Assembly: GCA_973895155.1 (NCBI GenBank)
Contig: OZ316898.1
Span: forward strand, 7,861,079 to 7,925,078
DNA from: Marsupella aquatica
Lineage: Eukaryota; Plantae; Marchantiophyta
Direction: 5' to 3'
DNA length: 64,000 nt
Made by a program: the position numbers and the translations under genes. Every line of letters starts with the position of its first letter. Position 1 is the first letter of the stretch. The notes under the pieces were generated by a model that saw only the letters and a program-made list of their open reading frames with translations, was not told the DNA's origin and searched no databases. Shown here in pieces: positions 21,804-34,330 of the stretch.

Positions 21804-24233
21804 TCAAGCTTGTTGTCGGATATCTTCTGGTTCGAGTAGCTCCACGAGGGTAACAGTCCGAGCTTGAGTAACTTCCATCAGCTCAGCCTGGCGTGGGGAT
21901 CCTCGAGAGTAGGGTAGGCATCTCAATTGCCTTTCAGGATACATCAGGGGCATTCTTCTCCTTAGATAACATATGTCTATTCGAAGAGCTTCTCTATATA
22001 TCCCAATCACATCATAATTATTGCAAGTAGCAGCATATACTTGGGGATAATGGTATAGAAATTCATCAGAGTTCAGCATCCTGGAATAGAAAGGGTGAAG
22101 CCTCCATTTGACATCTCTGAAATACCGATTGAAGTTGGCCAGAGTTTGAGAGGTGACATTGTTCCAGATTCTCTGTTTCTCAGCTAATGAACTGGTTGAA
22201 ACAAGGGTAACCTTGGGCTCTCGAGGAAGGTAAGCGTTCTGGGGAGAAGTAGATTTCTTACTCTGCATGAGAAAAGAAACCACAAAATCTAGGGCATAAG
22301 CTGCCAAATTTCCAAAATATGCCAGAACTAAATCTGAATCCTCCACCTCCACATCTCCTTGAAGTAGCATCATAGCAAGAATGGGTCGGAAATAGAGAGA
22401 GTCAGTCCAGAACTCATCGAATTGTGCCATCTCCAGTCTGGAAGTTCCAAAACACCTGAGGTCGAAGATATAACTGGCCTCTGTCTTCTTGAGATAGTAG
22501 TATTTCCAAAATTCTCCAACCGGTGGTCTGTTGGCCTGCATAATCTTACAGGTCTCCACATACCTGTGCACTTGGGACTCGGGATGTCTCGGGTATCTAC
22601 TCTCGATGGTGGCATTTCGAGGTGTTTGAGTAGATGAAGTGACAACTGCTACTAAGTTTAGATTGGATCTTAAGGCAGTATCAACATCTTCAAATCCCTG
22701 CCTTGGGGATGACTCAAGAGAATTATCATAAGATCTATAAGTTTCACCATCTGAGGGTGGATCAGAGTCTTCAGGTAGATCTTCTCTGTCAAAAGGGTGC
22801 TCATATTGTGACCGATTGTAGGTGGGTCCTTCTGTGGGTTCATAGTTGGAATCAGGGCTGTAAGGTTGTGAACCTGGGCTAGAAGTAGGACTAGCAGTTG
22901 GACATTGTTGGACCAAGTTGCGGACCACAGATGCTATCTGTCGAGGTTCACACTGTAGTAGTTCTAACAAGTCATCCACAATAGCCACACAGCTGATACT
23001 ATCTGTTACTGGAATGGGCTCACTTGTTTCTAGGGGAGGGGGGTGTACAGTGACAGGAGTACAGATCACAAACTCCATTGGTGCTGGTTCTCTTGGGGGA
23101 GAGGTTATTCTGACAGGGCTTAGCTGATCATGAAATGGTGATCCCAAACTAACAGCCTCCATTCTCAAATTATTAACAGCATCATATAGTCCATCATCAC
23201 TACAACTGAGGAGAGATATCAACTTATCAATAAGCTGCTGATTCGACTCTGCCTTCGAAGGAGTGGACCTGGTGGTCTCATGAGGAGCAGCATCAGTTGG
23301 TGTAGCATCATCGTCTTGTTGATGAATGCTCCTTACTTCTTCAGCTTCTAGTGGATCTACATCCATAGTCCGGCTAGGGAAATTCTCATTACTTATTGAT
23401 TGGCAAACAACTTCCCTGCTATGCATAGGAGAATGTGTAGGGATTTCTAATGAAGTATCCTCCATAGGAACATCAGCATTCTCCTCAACGTTCTGATCAT
23501 TCGAATTCAATGGGGTGACATGTACAATGTCCTCCATAGGAATTTCTTCTTCAATACCCAAGTCAATCAGGAGTAACCCCCTCTCTGTCTCTTCCTCCAG
23601 ATATAAACAGTCATGAGTATAATAGAGCTGAGAGAGATAATTCTGTAAGCAAGTGGTCCTCCCTGCTTCCAAGCTCCTTACTTGATCCTTCATTACATTA
23701 AACAGAAGTAGGGCCCAATTTACTTTTATAGCTCCACTATGAGCAGCTACAATGGTGTTAGCCAAGGCCACAGGACAGAGAGTTGGCTTTTTCGGATGAA
23801 GAATGGGTACCAGAAATTCCATGAGCACTCTCAATTCAGGATAAGTACACTGGGACAAGTTCCAACCATTCTTGGCATTTCGAGTTCCTGAGAAGTATGG
23901 AGCAGATAAGTCCTGCTTCTTGGAATATAACGCCTCTCCTTCTGACGGGCATCCAAAGGCGTAAGCAATTTGCTCAACAGTCCACAGGCTGGGGTGAGCT
24001 CGAATCGTTTGCCTGAATTCAATCGGGATGATAGTCCCCTTCACAAAATCCTGCAAGTAGGAGTCGAGCTCGACATTCCAGGGGATCCTGAGCAAGCGCT
24101 CCAATCCTAAGTGCTGTAAAGAGTCTTGTAAATTAGAAAGACTATCAGGCGCTCGTGGTATGCGAGCTGCCACTACTTTTGAGACTGCTAGAGCTTTAGT
24201 TTGATACTGTTCCTCAGCACCCAGGTTCGCCAT
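21804..24233 (-). CDS. Intronless ~810-aa protein of unknown function, TE accessory-ORF-like
   Basis: Uninterrupted ORF; first ATG at 24233 (MANLGAEEQY). The N-terminal block (LLRIPW...WTVEQIAYAFG...KNGWNLSQC...LMEFLVPILHPKKP...IKVNWALLLF...YLSQLY) resembles, from memory, retrotransposon-associated plant-mobile-domain/Athila-ORF-like proteins. Acidic Pro/Ser-rich middle and a globular-looking C-terminus. Confidence 0.6.
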   Translation of the reverse strand: MANLGAEEQYQTKALAVSKVVAARIPRAPDSLSNLQDSLQHLGLERLLRIPWNVELDSYLQDFVKGTIIPIEFRQTIRAHPSLWTVEQIAYAFGCPSEGEALYSKKQDLSAPYFSGTRNAKNGWNLSQCTYPELRVLMEFLVPILHPKKPTLCPVALANTIVAAHSGAIKVNWALLLFNVMKDQVRSLEAGRTTCLQNYLSQLYYTHDCLYLEEETERGLLLIDLGIEEEIPMEDIVHVTPLNSNDQNVEENADVPMEDTSLEIPTHSPMHSREVVCQSISNENFPSRTMDVDPLEAEEVRSIHQQDDDATPTDAAPHETTRSTPSKAESNQQLIDKLISLLSCSDDGLYDAVNNLRMEAVSLGSPFHDQLSPVRITSPPREPAPMEFVICTPVTVHPPPLETSEPIPVTDSISCVAIVDDLLELLQCEPRQIASVVRNLVQQCPTASPTSSPGSQPYSPDSNYEPTEGPTYNRSQYEHPFDREDLPEDSDPPSDGETYRSYDNSLESSPRQGFEDVDTALRSNLNLVAVVTSSTQTPRNATIESRYPRHPESQVHRYVETCKIMQANRPPVGEFWKYYYLKKTEASYIFDLRCFGTSRLEMAQFDEFWTDSLYFRPILAMMLLQGDVEVEDSDLVLAYFGNLAAYALDFVVSFLMQSKKSTSPQNAYLPREPKVTLVSTSSLAEKQRIWNNVTSQTLANFNRYFRDVKWRLHPFYSRMLNSDEFLYHYPQVYAATCNNYDVIGIYREALRIDICYLRRRMPLMYPERQLRCLPYSRGSPRQAELMEVTQARTVTLVELLEPEDIRQQA

Positions 24234-24394
24234 AGCTGCAACGGTGATTTGCTTGCTGCGAAGGTTGCTTTCGAAGAGAAAGAGCAAGTGAATAGGGGTG
24301 GTGAAAATACAGGAGTGAGCGCCTGAACTCTATGCTTGATTCCTATCAAGGTATGAAGTCCCCAATCCGTTTCTAAGTCCCGTTGCGAAGTTAG

Positions 24395-24560
24395 CCGTAG
24401 CGCCGTAACGTGAACTTTCCTTAAACGCGTAAGGCGTAAGCCGTAATCCCGTATTGGCGTAAACTCTTAACAGCGTAAACCCGTAAACCCGTAACAGCGT
24501 AAACCCGTAACGCTCTTACGCGTAAATGTGTAATCCCGTTATAAAGTATACCCGTAGTTT
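24395..24560. repeat. CGTAA motif cluster (upstream of the orphan ORF)
   Basis: cgcgtaaggcgtaagccgtaatcccgta...cagcgtaaacccgtaaacccgtaacagcgtaaacccgtaac. Confidence 0.8.
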
Positions 24561-24899
24561 ACACTTGGCATTTTAACAGCAACAGCAGGCTTAAATACTG
24601 TAAAAAGTTTAAATTTTTCAGTAATTTCAGGTTTTCGGTATTACCCAATACTCACATGGGTAGTCCATAACTTTTATGTCAGGCAGCAACCTTAACCTAG
24701 TAGTTAAGATACTCAAGTGTCAGGTTTGACACCCCCTATCCATCTCATTGTGGCCATGCTTTGTAGATGTCCAATAATTTATGAGCCACCTCCCAGGGTA
24801 CCCCTACATGCTGCCCATGGAACCTAGCCCTTTAGGAACCATAGCTATTATTAGGGTCCAGTAGTCCAGTACCCACCCCTTGTACGTTACTGTCTTGAA

Positions 24900-25390
24900 G
24901 ATATCACTTGGGCCCGCAAGTTACTTGTAGGTGTCACTTGGGCTAACAGATACTTGCTTGTAGATGTCACTTGAGGCCGTAAGGTATGTGTACGTAGATG
25001 TCACTTGGGCCCATCAAGTATGTTGAGATGTTGAGAGCTACTTGCGCCTGTAAGTTACTCATACATGTCACTTGGGGCCATAAGCTACTCGGGTTTGTAA
25101 GTCACTCATACATGTCACTTGGGGCCATAAGCTACTCGGGTTTGTAAGTTACTCATACATGTCACTTGGGGCCATAAGCTACTCGGGGTTGTAAGTTACT
25201 CATGCATGTCACTTGGGGCCATAAGCTACTCGAGGTTGTCAGTTACTTGTATATGTCACATGGGGCCATAAGCTACTCGAGGTTGTAAGTTACTTGTACA
25301 TGTCACTTGGGGCCGTAAGCTAGTTGGGCCTGTAAGTTTACTCGTAGATGTCACTTGAGGCCGTAAGGGAGCTGTAGATGTCACTTGGGG
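24900..25390. repeat. 47-bp tandem repeat (ATGTCACTTGGGGCCATAAGCTACTCG...), about 6 conserved units plus shorter degenerate flanking units
   Basis: (c/t)atgtca anchor at 25064, 25111, 25158, 25205, 25252 and 25299. Confidence 0.92.
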
Positions 25391-26070
25391 TGCGGAGGAG
25401 CTGTGTGTAGAGTAGTTGACTAAAGGCCAACAACAAAGGAGCTCTGTTCTTTCGGAAGTTGAAGAGAGCTCTCTCCTCACACTCATTGTATTTGGGAGCT
25501 GAGCGCTCGCTTGATTCGCCTGTTCGGCTGCAACTTACTACAATAATAGTAGGTTGAAGCATTCTGTTGAAGCTCCGCTTAGCAATCCGAGACTCTCTGT
25601 CTCGCTCGTTCAAAGTTTTTCGCAACCAGGTCGAAGCATTTTCTCTCAAGCTCCCGAAAAGAAATCTTTGCTCGATCTGTTGTACTCGCCCTTTGGTTCG
25701 GTTTCGTTCTTCCGCTACTACGTTAGGTTTGAGCATTTTGTGGAGATTTTGCACAGAATTCTTAGCTCTATTAACCCTCTTCTCTGTCTGTGCACGGGCG
25801 GGTTTTTCGAGCATTCAGTGATGGTTGAATTCAGTGACCTTTAAAATTGGCGTACTAAAATTTGTGCAATGATGGCTCGTGCAGTTCACTCGAATGTGCC
25901 TGCGGCAATCGGCACCCCCGGTTGTTATGGTAGAAGAAACAGCTGACAAAAATTAAGAATCCCGACAGGTTTCTTCCCCTGTCCCGTTTGAGATCTCCCT
26001 GCGGACGGACGGACGGACAACACTTTTGTGAGGGAGATCCCTCACTTCGCCCGGGAACAGAGGAGTAATC

Positions 26071-29000
26071 ATGCAATTAGCTCACGTTCTGGGCTGCGAG
26101 CCCGCAAGTGCAGTCGGTTCTTCACATTTGCTGCTGGGAAGCTGCACCAGATCTGTGAGCCTTAAGCACGAGAGTTTGCAATTCTCCCGCTCCAAAAAGT
26201 TCTACTCTCTTGAGAAGACTGCGTCGAGGATGAGCGGAACGTTCCGCGCTGCCGCTAGCACTGCTGTTTCCGAGGAGGAAGGCCAGAAGCAGGAGACAAA
26301 GCTTTGGGGTGGACGCTTTGAGAAACCTGTGACGCCTGCCGTTGAAAGGTTTAGTCAGTCTGTGTCTTATGACAAGCAATTGTACAAGCAGGACCTGAGG
26401 GGAAGCCGTGCCCATGCTCAAATGCTGGCAAAGCAGGTGGGTTGTTTGCTGAGATTACCAATGTCTTAATTACTGGGTGCCTTCTGTCTTCGGACTGCCT
26501 GTAGTCGCTCCTCAGAAGATACCTGTGTCTAGCACCATGTCTATAAATCTCATGGTGAAATAATGTTGGTGACATTTTGCTGCAGGGGTTGATGACCGAT
26601 GAGGATTGTGCCTCCATTTTAACTGGGCTCCAAGAGATAGAGAGGAGAATAGAAAACGGGGAGTTTAATTGGAGAGCTGATAGAGAAGATGTTCACATGA
26701 ATGTCGAGGCAGCCCTGATAGACCTTGTTGGCGAGCCAGCTAAGAAGCTTCACACAGCTCGAAGCCGTAATGATCAAGTTGTTACAGATGTCCGCTTGTG
26801 GTGTAGAGATGCCATTGACCAATTATTAGAGCGCATCCAGCTGCTTCAGGTACTGGTGTCGTTACTTGATTTCTTGTTTTAAGAGTTCTGAATTCACCGA
26901 CAATTATCAAAGGCTTACTTTGTCGGGATGGAGATAATTCTCAAAAATTTTGCATGAAGTTGGAATTTTTTGACTGGAGCCGTAGGCTAAGTTGAATTCT
27001 TTGTTTTAAGACCATCATCCAGTTGATTTCTGGATGGGGGTTGGCTTCTCAAAAGGAAACCTGGAATTCGCTAAGGGATTCCATTGCTTTTCCTAGGGTT
27101 TGGGTTTGGGAGAGGACATAGGCCTAACTCTCAAGGGCTTGGTTGAAGCTTTAAGTCCAACACGTGGATTTACGGAATACATGTTATATTGCAGGTATCA
27201 ATTGTTAAGCTGGCTGTGGCGAACGAAGGCATAGTAGTTCCAGGCTATACTCATCTCCAAAGGGCGCAGCCACTGCTCTTGCAGCATCTATTGCTTGCTT
27301 ATGTAGAACAGGTGAGGTGATTGGTGCGTCAAAATATTAGAGCTCGGTATTTTTATAGCCACACTTCAGGAAGAAATGCTTGCGTTATCACTCTTTCCAG
27401 GCCTCTCAAATTGGACAGCCATCTCTACTTGCTTAAAGAAACAATTTTATACTCATCTTGCCCTGAACTGTCCTTGTCCAAGGCCAGCTTTGGAGAGTTG
27501 AGATTTTAACACATTGCAAAGTAATCATCTATGCCAGTAGAGGGTATAGTCTCTGCCCGGACGTGGCATTTGTGGGTGCTCACTCATATTTACTGGGAGA
27601 GTTAGGAGTCTCAGATGATGTAGGAGCTCTTCTCTGTTGCGATCGCAGTTAACGTTTTAAACATTGAATCGATGGAAAACCTTGCTGATTTGCATTTGCG
27701 GGGTGTAGCTGGAGCGTGATGCTGGGCGATTGAACGATTGTAGAGCACGATTGAACTTTTCTCCCCTGGGATCCTGTGCCCTTGCTGGCACAGGTTTGCC
27801 TATCGATCGGTTTCAAACAGCAGCAACATTAGGATTTACAGCGCCACTACGCAACAGGTATGATAATCTTGAGACCAGGCTGATGTGAAAATGAACCTGA
27901 TATTTGTAATCAAAAGTTGTGAACAATTCAACCGCCTTATTAAATCCCCCGATATTAACTTGATAAGTAGTACCAGCGTGCTTGTCATTGTTTCCGGCAT
28001 GCTTCTAGAATTGTTTACTATGGGGTTTAGATTTGCAAACCGTCGAACTGAGGATACTGTTGTCTATCATTTCCGATCCACCAAATTCTGCTCCCAGGAT
28101 CTGCTGTCCATATCTCGTTTGGCGTGAACTGATGGTGTAATTGGATAAGATTCTGCTTAAATTACTTGTTCACAAGAGAAATGTTGACCCCGTCTACAGT
28201 GTGGATGCAGTGTCTGACAGAGACTTCCTCATAGAGTTGCTGGGTGCGAACTCCATTATTGCTGTCCACTTATCTCGTTTGGCCGAGGAATGGGTTCTTT
28301 GGGCATCAGAAGAATTTGGATTTCTGATCCCGAGTGATGCAGTCTCAACTGGCAGTAGCATCATGCCACAGAAGAAAAACCCGGACCCGATGGAGCTTGT
28401 GCGCGGCAAGTCAGCCCGCGTGATCGGTGATTTGACAACCGTCCTTGTGCTTTGCAAAGGCTTACCCCAGGCTTATAACCGGGACCTTCAGGTGCGTCTT
28501 TTCTCAACTGAAAACCAAGTGATCCGAACTTGGGTGTTGTAGCTGGAAGAACCAGTCGCAATTTTTATAGAAACTAACCCCACATTCAGCTCTCAAGTTC
28601 CTCCATCCCTGGAATTTAGTCTCTGCTTCCAACACGCCTTTTCAAGCTACCTCTAATTGGCAACCAGATGATGGAGCACTTAGTTGTCGCCTTTTGAAAT
28701 GGTGATTCCACGGAGTTTAAATTTCCACCAATCTAGTTAAGGATCGGTATGCGTAGTTTTATTGTTTATGATATGATATGCACTTCACTACCATGAACCA
28801 GTCCACCATCCTACAAGAACATTCTGTGAGGCAATGATGTACTTTCGTTGGTTGTGATTGGCAGGAGGATAAAGAGCCGCTGTTTGACAGTGTTGCGACG
28901 ACTTTGGGGGTTTTGGAAGTAACTACCGAGTTCGCAGAGAATGTGACCTTCAACAGGGAGAGAATAGCGAAGGCTTTGGGGGCCGGCCATCTTGATGCTA

Positions 29001-29419
29001 CAACTATGGCTGACTACCTGGTGTACAAGGTAATCTTCTTGCCATGAAAATCCCACGTCGCGGTATTATGAAATGTGCGCTTTTGTATTGAAATTCTCTC
29101 GATTAAGAAACTGTGTATTAAAGCACTTTCTGCCTTGGTTGTAAATGAGAAGTTGTGTTTTGTCCTGATGCAGGGAATCCCATTCCGTACCTCTCATGAC
29201 ATTGTCGGGAGGTCGGTAGCACTGGCTGTTTCAAAGCGAGTGGAGCTTTCCCAATTGTCACTAGAGGAATACAAGACAATCAACCCGGTCATTGACGAGG
29301 ATGTGTATACATTCCTTGGATCAGACAATGCCATCAGCAAATTTCGATCCTACGGATCTACTGGGGCCGGTCCTGTTGCCGAACAAATTCAGTATTGGCG
29401 TCAAAACCTTGGTCTGTGA
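26071..29419 (+). CDS. argH: Argininosuccinate lyase, plastid-targeted, 7 exons
   Basis: Exons about 26071-26436, 26586-26849, 27195-27311, 27709-27857, 28200-28491, 28865-29029 and 29174-29419, all with GT-AG introns. Motifs [73 protein letters not shown]. Ser-rich transit-peptide-like N-terminus. Confidence 0.97.
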
Positions 29420-31858
29420 ATGTAGTATATGGGCCCCCTTGCCATGAGAGCTACTCTCTCAAGGTTTTTGTTCAATCATGGATGTACTACTAGAGTCTAG
29501 AATTCGGTAACTTGACTCCTAGTAGTGCTTTCGTAGCGACTGAGGTTGCAGCAACAATCGGGAACTTAGTTCGTGGAGAATGTTGAGAAGAGTTGTGTCA
29601 TTCACATGAGTGTAAAGAGTTTGTAGTATTGTCAATCAATTGGGAGATATCTCAATACCCAAAATCCCTTAGTGATTCTCCCCCCATGCTAGTATTCTAG
29701 TAAATAATATTAGAAGCACTCATTGTACCAAATTCCTCGATAATTTGAAATAAAGAACAGAGGATCAATTGTTGGGCAAGCTAATAAAGAAGCCTGGCCT
29801 GCCCATAGATTACCTTGCGCGTTTGCCTTAGTGTACCGTTATCTGGCAAGTGTACTTCTATTCGCAAACATTTCCAAAGACAATATATGCGTTTGTTGCC
29901 ATCAAGCTCTGCGTGGAAACCACTCCCTAAGTACTAGTTCTTTTATCAACGTGTAGGCCTTTTATCAAGTTTACGGCTCTTGTGATGTTTGACAGGTTTT
30001 TATTTGCTCCGTGGACTGTTCATGGTACTTTACTTTGTCCATTCACTCTGACCCACGTCTAAAATGCCGAGGATTGTCTGTATAATGCACCGATCCTCGT
30101 AACGGATTGATTAATTTGATAAACCTCGTCACTTTCAGTCTTCCCGTCTTATTTCCGACATTAAGAATTGATCTGGTCATCAGCTCGGTTCAAAAAATAA
30201 CCGAGCAAAGGCAGGCGTCGTTTGCTGCCACGAGATGGCAATAATGAGAGGGACTGTTGGGCTCTTCCCCATAAATTCCCACGACCCCGGCCGTGTCTGC
30301 CGGGATTGATGAGCTTCGGGAAAAAGTTACTGTAGCTTCTGCAGATCTGAACATCAGCAAGGGTTGGTTTACGACCTTTGCGGTGCGTGGTCGTAACTCG
30401 TAGACCATGATACAATGGTCTGTGGCATGAAAACTTTCATGGTGAAAGCCAAATCCGAGACTGATGATAATTATTTTACAACTTGAATGAAGTTCCTTCA
30501 AATTACTGTTATGGGTTGTTCTATCATCCTCCATTTGACCTGTCTACATGTCCAAGCAATTGTCTTATCTCGGTCCACAGCCTGGGCCTCGAATTTGCGC
30601 TTGCGCAATTCTCCACATCTTTGTCCATAAGATTACAATTTATTGATGTGCCCCACATCTGTGAGACCTTAGCACGCACTCGTTCGTCTAGAGGTTGGAG
30701 AGGAGTCCTCCAGCTTTCAATTGGCCTTTACTTAGATCCTCTATGGCAGTACGAGAACTACCGTCCAATGGGTATCCTTCGGCCTCCTTGAGTGGATTTT
30801 TAGATTCTGCTCTTCTGGTTCGTAAAACAACGTCTACAGGTAATCGGGAGCGGGAGGAGGGCCTCTCCCATCACCAAAACTTCCGTCAACAGCACCTAGG
30901 TCGGGCGAATAGGTGGACAGTCAAAGCCTCCTGGGACACAGTTCTCCTGGCTGTAAACTCCGACATTGCTGAATGACAGTACGATAACTGGGACCTCATC
31001 GACAGTTCAAAAGACACTGAACTTTGGAACCAGAGGAAAGAGAACTGCCGCTCTCCTTGCACATAAAATGGAAACAAAAAGTATGCACCAGCACGCCAGA
31101 CCTTAACGACAGCCGAGAGCATAAGCCTGAAGTAAGTTTCCGGACCATAGCTCCAAAATAGTTCACAAAACGGGTAAAAATAGAGCTCTGATTATTGCAC
31201 AAAGTAATCCAATCCAATCAATGATAAAAAGAATGTTCGGAACACAAGTTTGCCTCCATTTTAATTTTCACAGGCGTGCAAATATCCCTGTAATCCGTCA
31301 CAGGATATTGCTGAATAAATGATAACACAAGGTGTCACCTATCACATGAGTACCTCATTCTCGGTACCAAGGTATACTATACACTCAAGTTTCAGTAGCT
31401 GCACCATCAGACCAAATCTCGGAACTACAATATTAAGCACGAGGCAGTAAAACTTTGTGCAAGTCTTAAACCACCATTTTCAGTAACTATGGTGCAACAT
31501 AAAATGGTATCGGATGAAATCTATACATTAAATTCTCCATTCCCGAAGTCTGGAACAGCTATGTCTAGCAATATGGGCGTGAAAGATCGATCCCTTCATT
31601 GTAGAGAAGAATACCCCTTCAGATAGTTCAATAGAGTCCACACCATACCTTGCAATGATGGCGTCCCTGACCTGGGAGGATCCACGTAGATTGCTTCGTA
31701 CAAGTACGTGCTTCAAATTAGGCTCTTTCAATCAAGACCTGCTTCCAGGTACGCACTCAATATATCAGAGACCGTTGTGGCTGACGTTCAATCGATCTTT
31801 TCCCTTTTCATTATCCACTTTCAGTCTTTCTTCTCATCAAAAGCTGGAGGCAGAGATT

Positions 31859-34330
31859 CTAGCTCTCGATTGTCTTGCGCTTGGCTTTAGATTTCTTGCT
31901 TTTTGGATGATTGGCGGCTCCAGCTTGGGGCCCTTCCTCTCGAGAAGGGCAGTCAACGGGAGCTTCAGGGTACCGCTTCACATCATCACAGTAAGAGTAC
32001 CACAAGTACTGGCTCCTCACCCATTTCATTGCTTTCTTCTGCTCAGCGTTGAGGCTCTGAAAGTCCGGCCCATCGAGTCTGTTAAGGGCTGCGGAGGAAG
32101 ACGAAGCGCAGGGGGGAGCATCGTCGGTGACTGTATTCCACACACACCCTTCGAGCTTAAGATCCTTGAAGTAAGCATTGAACGGAGCCAGACTGTAGTC
32201 GACTGGGTACTTTCCTCCCTCCGTTGCCCACTGGGATCCGTCCCAGATGGTGGTGTAAAGCGATTGCGGCTTCGAGGGATACTGGAGCCCCAGTTCCGGT
32301 ATCTTGACCATCTCTCGGACAGGGACATTGTCCACGAAGAATCTGCACTCACAATTCACGGACATCATGATAAGTGACTGGTTTGAGACAGCCCCCATTA
32401 GCGAAGAGCCACCAGAACTCAAAGCAATCCTCCAAGTCCGCATCGTCCAACCACCGCTCGCACTACGGTATGCCTACCGTCCTGGTGGAAGGTGGTCAAA
32501 TGGATGTGACCGCTAAAAGCTGTGCGAAGATCTCGGTAATGATTTAAGTTAGTTAAAGTTCGGCTCAGCGCGGAGCTCGGCAGTGGGGTCTTGGAACTCG
32601 AGATAACGAACACTATTGCCGCTTGTAGGGAAGATGTCATCAAAATGTGAAAGCATTCCATATACGAAGTACACGCAGACATTTATAACCTCGAGCGCAA
32701 CCATTCAACGTCTCAACGCCGAGCTCAACGTATACCCTTCTTTTCCGGATTCGTGTCGGAGTTTCTTGAGAGAAAGCAACCGAGCTTAACAGATCTCAAT
32801 GACTCCCAGATTCTCAAATTCCGGCTGTGGCTACTGGTCCGCACTGGACAGTCTAATAAAGCGTTATGACTACTTTAACTGACAGTTATAAGTTGCTCCA
32901 CACACACGAAGGGACATCCCACATGATCACGCACGAATTTTGATATGGAGAAAAGTGTACATGAGATGTCGACAGGGGAAAATACTTACACAGTATGGTA
33001 TTGGTTCCAGAGAATGCTGTAGTTATGGTAGTCCTGTGTAGGATCGAACCACAGATGCAGACGCTCCTCCCGTCCAGTGTCGGTACTACCGTCGCCATAG
33101 ATGTTTGTTTGGAGAACGTACGGCGAACCAGGACGAACTCCGAGAAATTCTAGGTCGAATTCATCGTGGTGATGCGGGTAGAGGTCCTGATTTGAAGTCT
33201 GCAAAATCACGATAAACCCACAGTTACTAATCGCACAGCAACTACTCATAGCCGAGGGTACTGTAGACTGATGCACCATGTAATCGTTGTGAAGGAGCAT
33301 CGGTAACGGAGCAGGTACTGCAGCCCATTTTACACGGCGGAAACGTCTGTGGTCGGTGGTCCAGTACAATCTTACTAGGCAAATACCGAGAACGAGTGTC
33401 CCCGAGGCCCTGGATTACTTCAAGCTCCAATGCTCTTAAGAAACTTCCCAAATTGTATGAACTGGCAGAGGGAAAGAGCACTGCACTTCATATCAACATG
33501 GCCATGATCGAAATTAAAACTTAATCTTCCCAGTAGCTCAAAGACCGCCCGCGCAGAGTAGAGAGTTCTGCCCCATAAACAGCATGGCACGATGACAGGG
33601 CGCGCGGCAATTGCTGGTATAGATTACTCTGCCGTCCATCTCGTGCCACTGTTGGAGTAGGAACAGCTTGATAACAAGCTTCACAACCATTCGCTAAATC
33701 ACAAGAACTCCGTTAATTAAAGGCTTGAGATAAAAAGAACTCGACGACAACTTACGTAGAAAGCGGTGACTACGCCGGCAGAATAGTCGCCCGGGAGCTT
33801 GATGGCGGCGCTAAAGAAGCCATGATACAGCCGGTCCTGCGAGACGAATCCACCGCCTGCACATCCCTCAAACAACAAGTGGGTTCGATTGAGCCAGTCA
33901 GTGTCTGCGAACGGCTGCAACGAACTTGCACCAGAGAAGCATGTTCTCTTGCCTGTGTTCAAAGATGACCATTCAGCTCCAACTACCAAGGAGAACAGTT
34001 CGCCACCAATATTGTAACAAATATCATAACAGCATCTTGAAACTGAAACCCCGCCGGCGGGATAGACGTTCATGCATGCTCGCTCCAGGGAATGTGATTC
34101 TCACCATTAGTGCTACTGTCAAGACTAAGCTCTACATGCTGGCCTTCATTGTCCACTTTCCGTGGCTGGCCCCATATTTCCCTGAATGCCTCATCATATC
34201 CCTTGCTCTCGAATCCGCCAACCAAATCAACAACCAAATCCTTCGGCGAAAGCAGCTTGCTCTCCACTACTACCGCACAGCTGAAGAGCACCAGGAAGAC
34301 CGTGGCGAGAAGTCTACTTGGACGCGACAT
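31859..34330 (-). CDS. XTH: Xyloglucan endotransglucosylase/hydrolase (GH16), group III-like, 4 exons
   Basis: Exons about 34330-34105, 33856-33756, 33198-32990 and 32342-31859. Signal peptide, FSAAIKLPGDYSAGVVTAFY, catalytic HDEFDLEFLG, REERLHLWFDPT, TIWDGSQWAT, YSYCDD. Confidence 0.95.

Noticed and set aside
19640-25860. LTR pair, TIRs or Helitron ends delimiting the orphan-ORF element
   Set aside because: I could not find matching long direct repeats, inverted termini or a hairpin-CTRR end by eye, so no element boundaries are called.
30161-30976. Possible decayed coding sequence between argH and XTH
   Set aside because: Short ORFs on both strands with no identifiable family.
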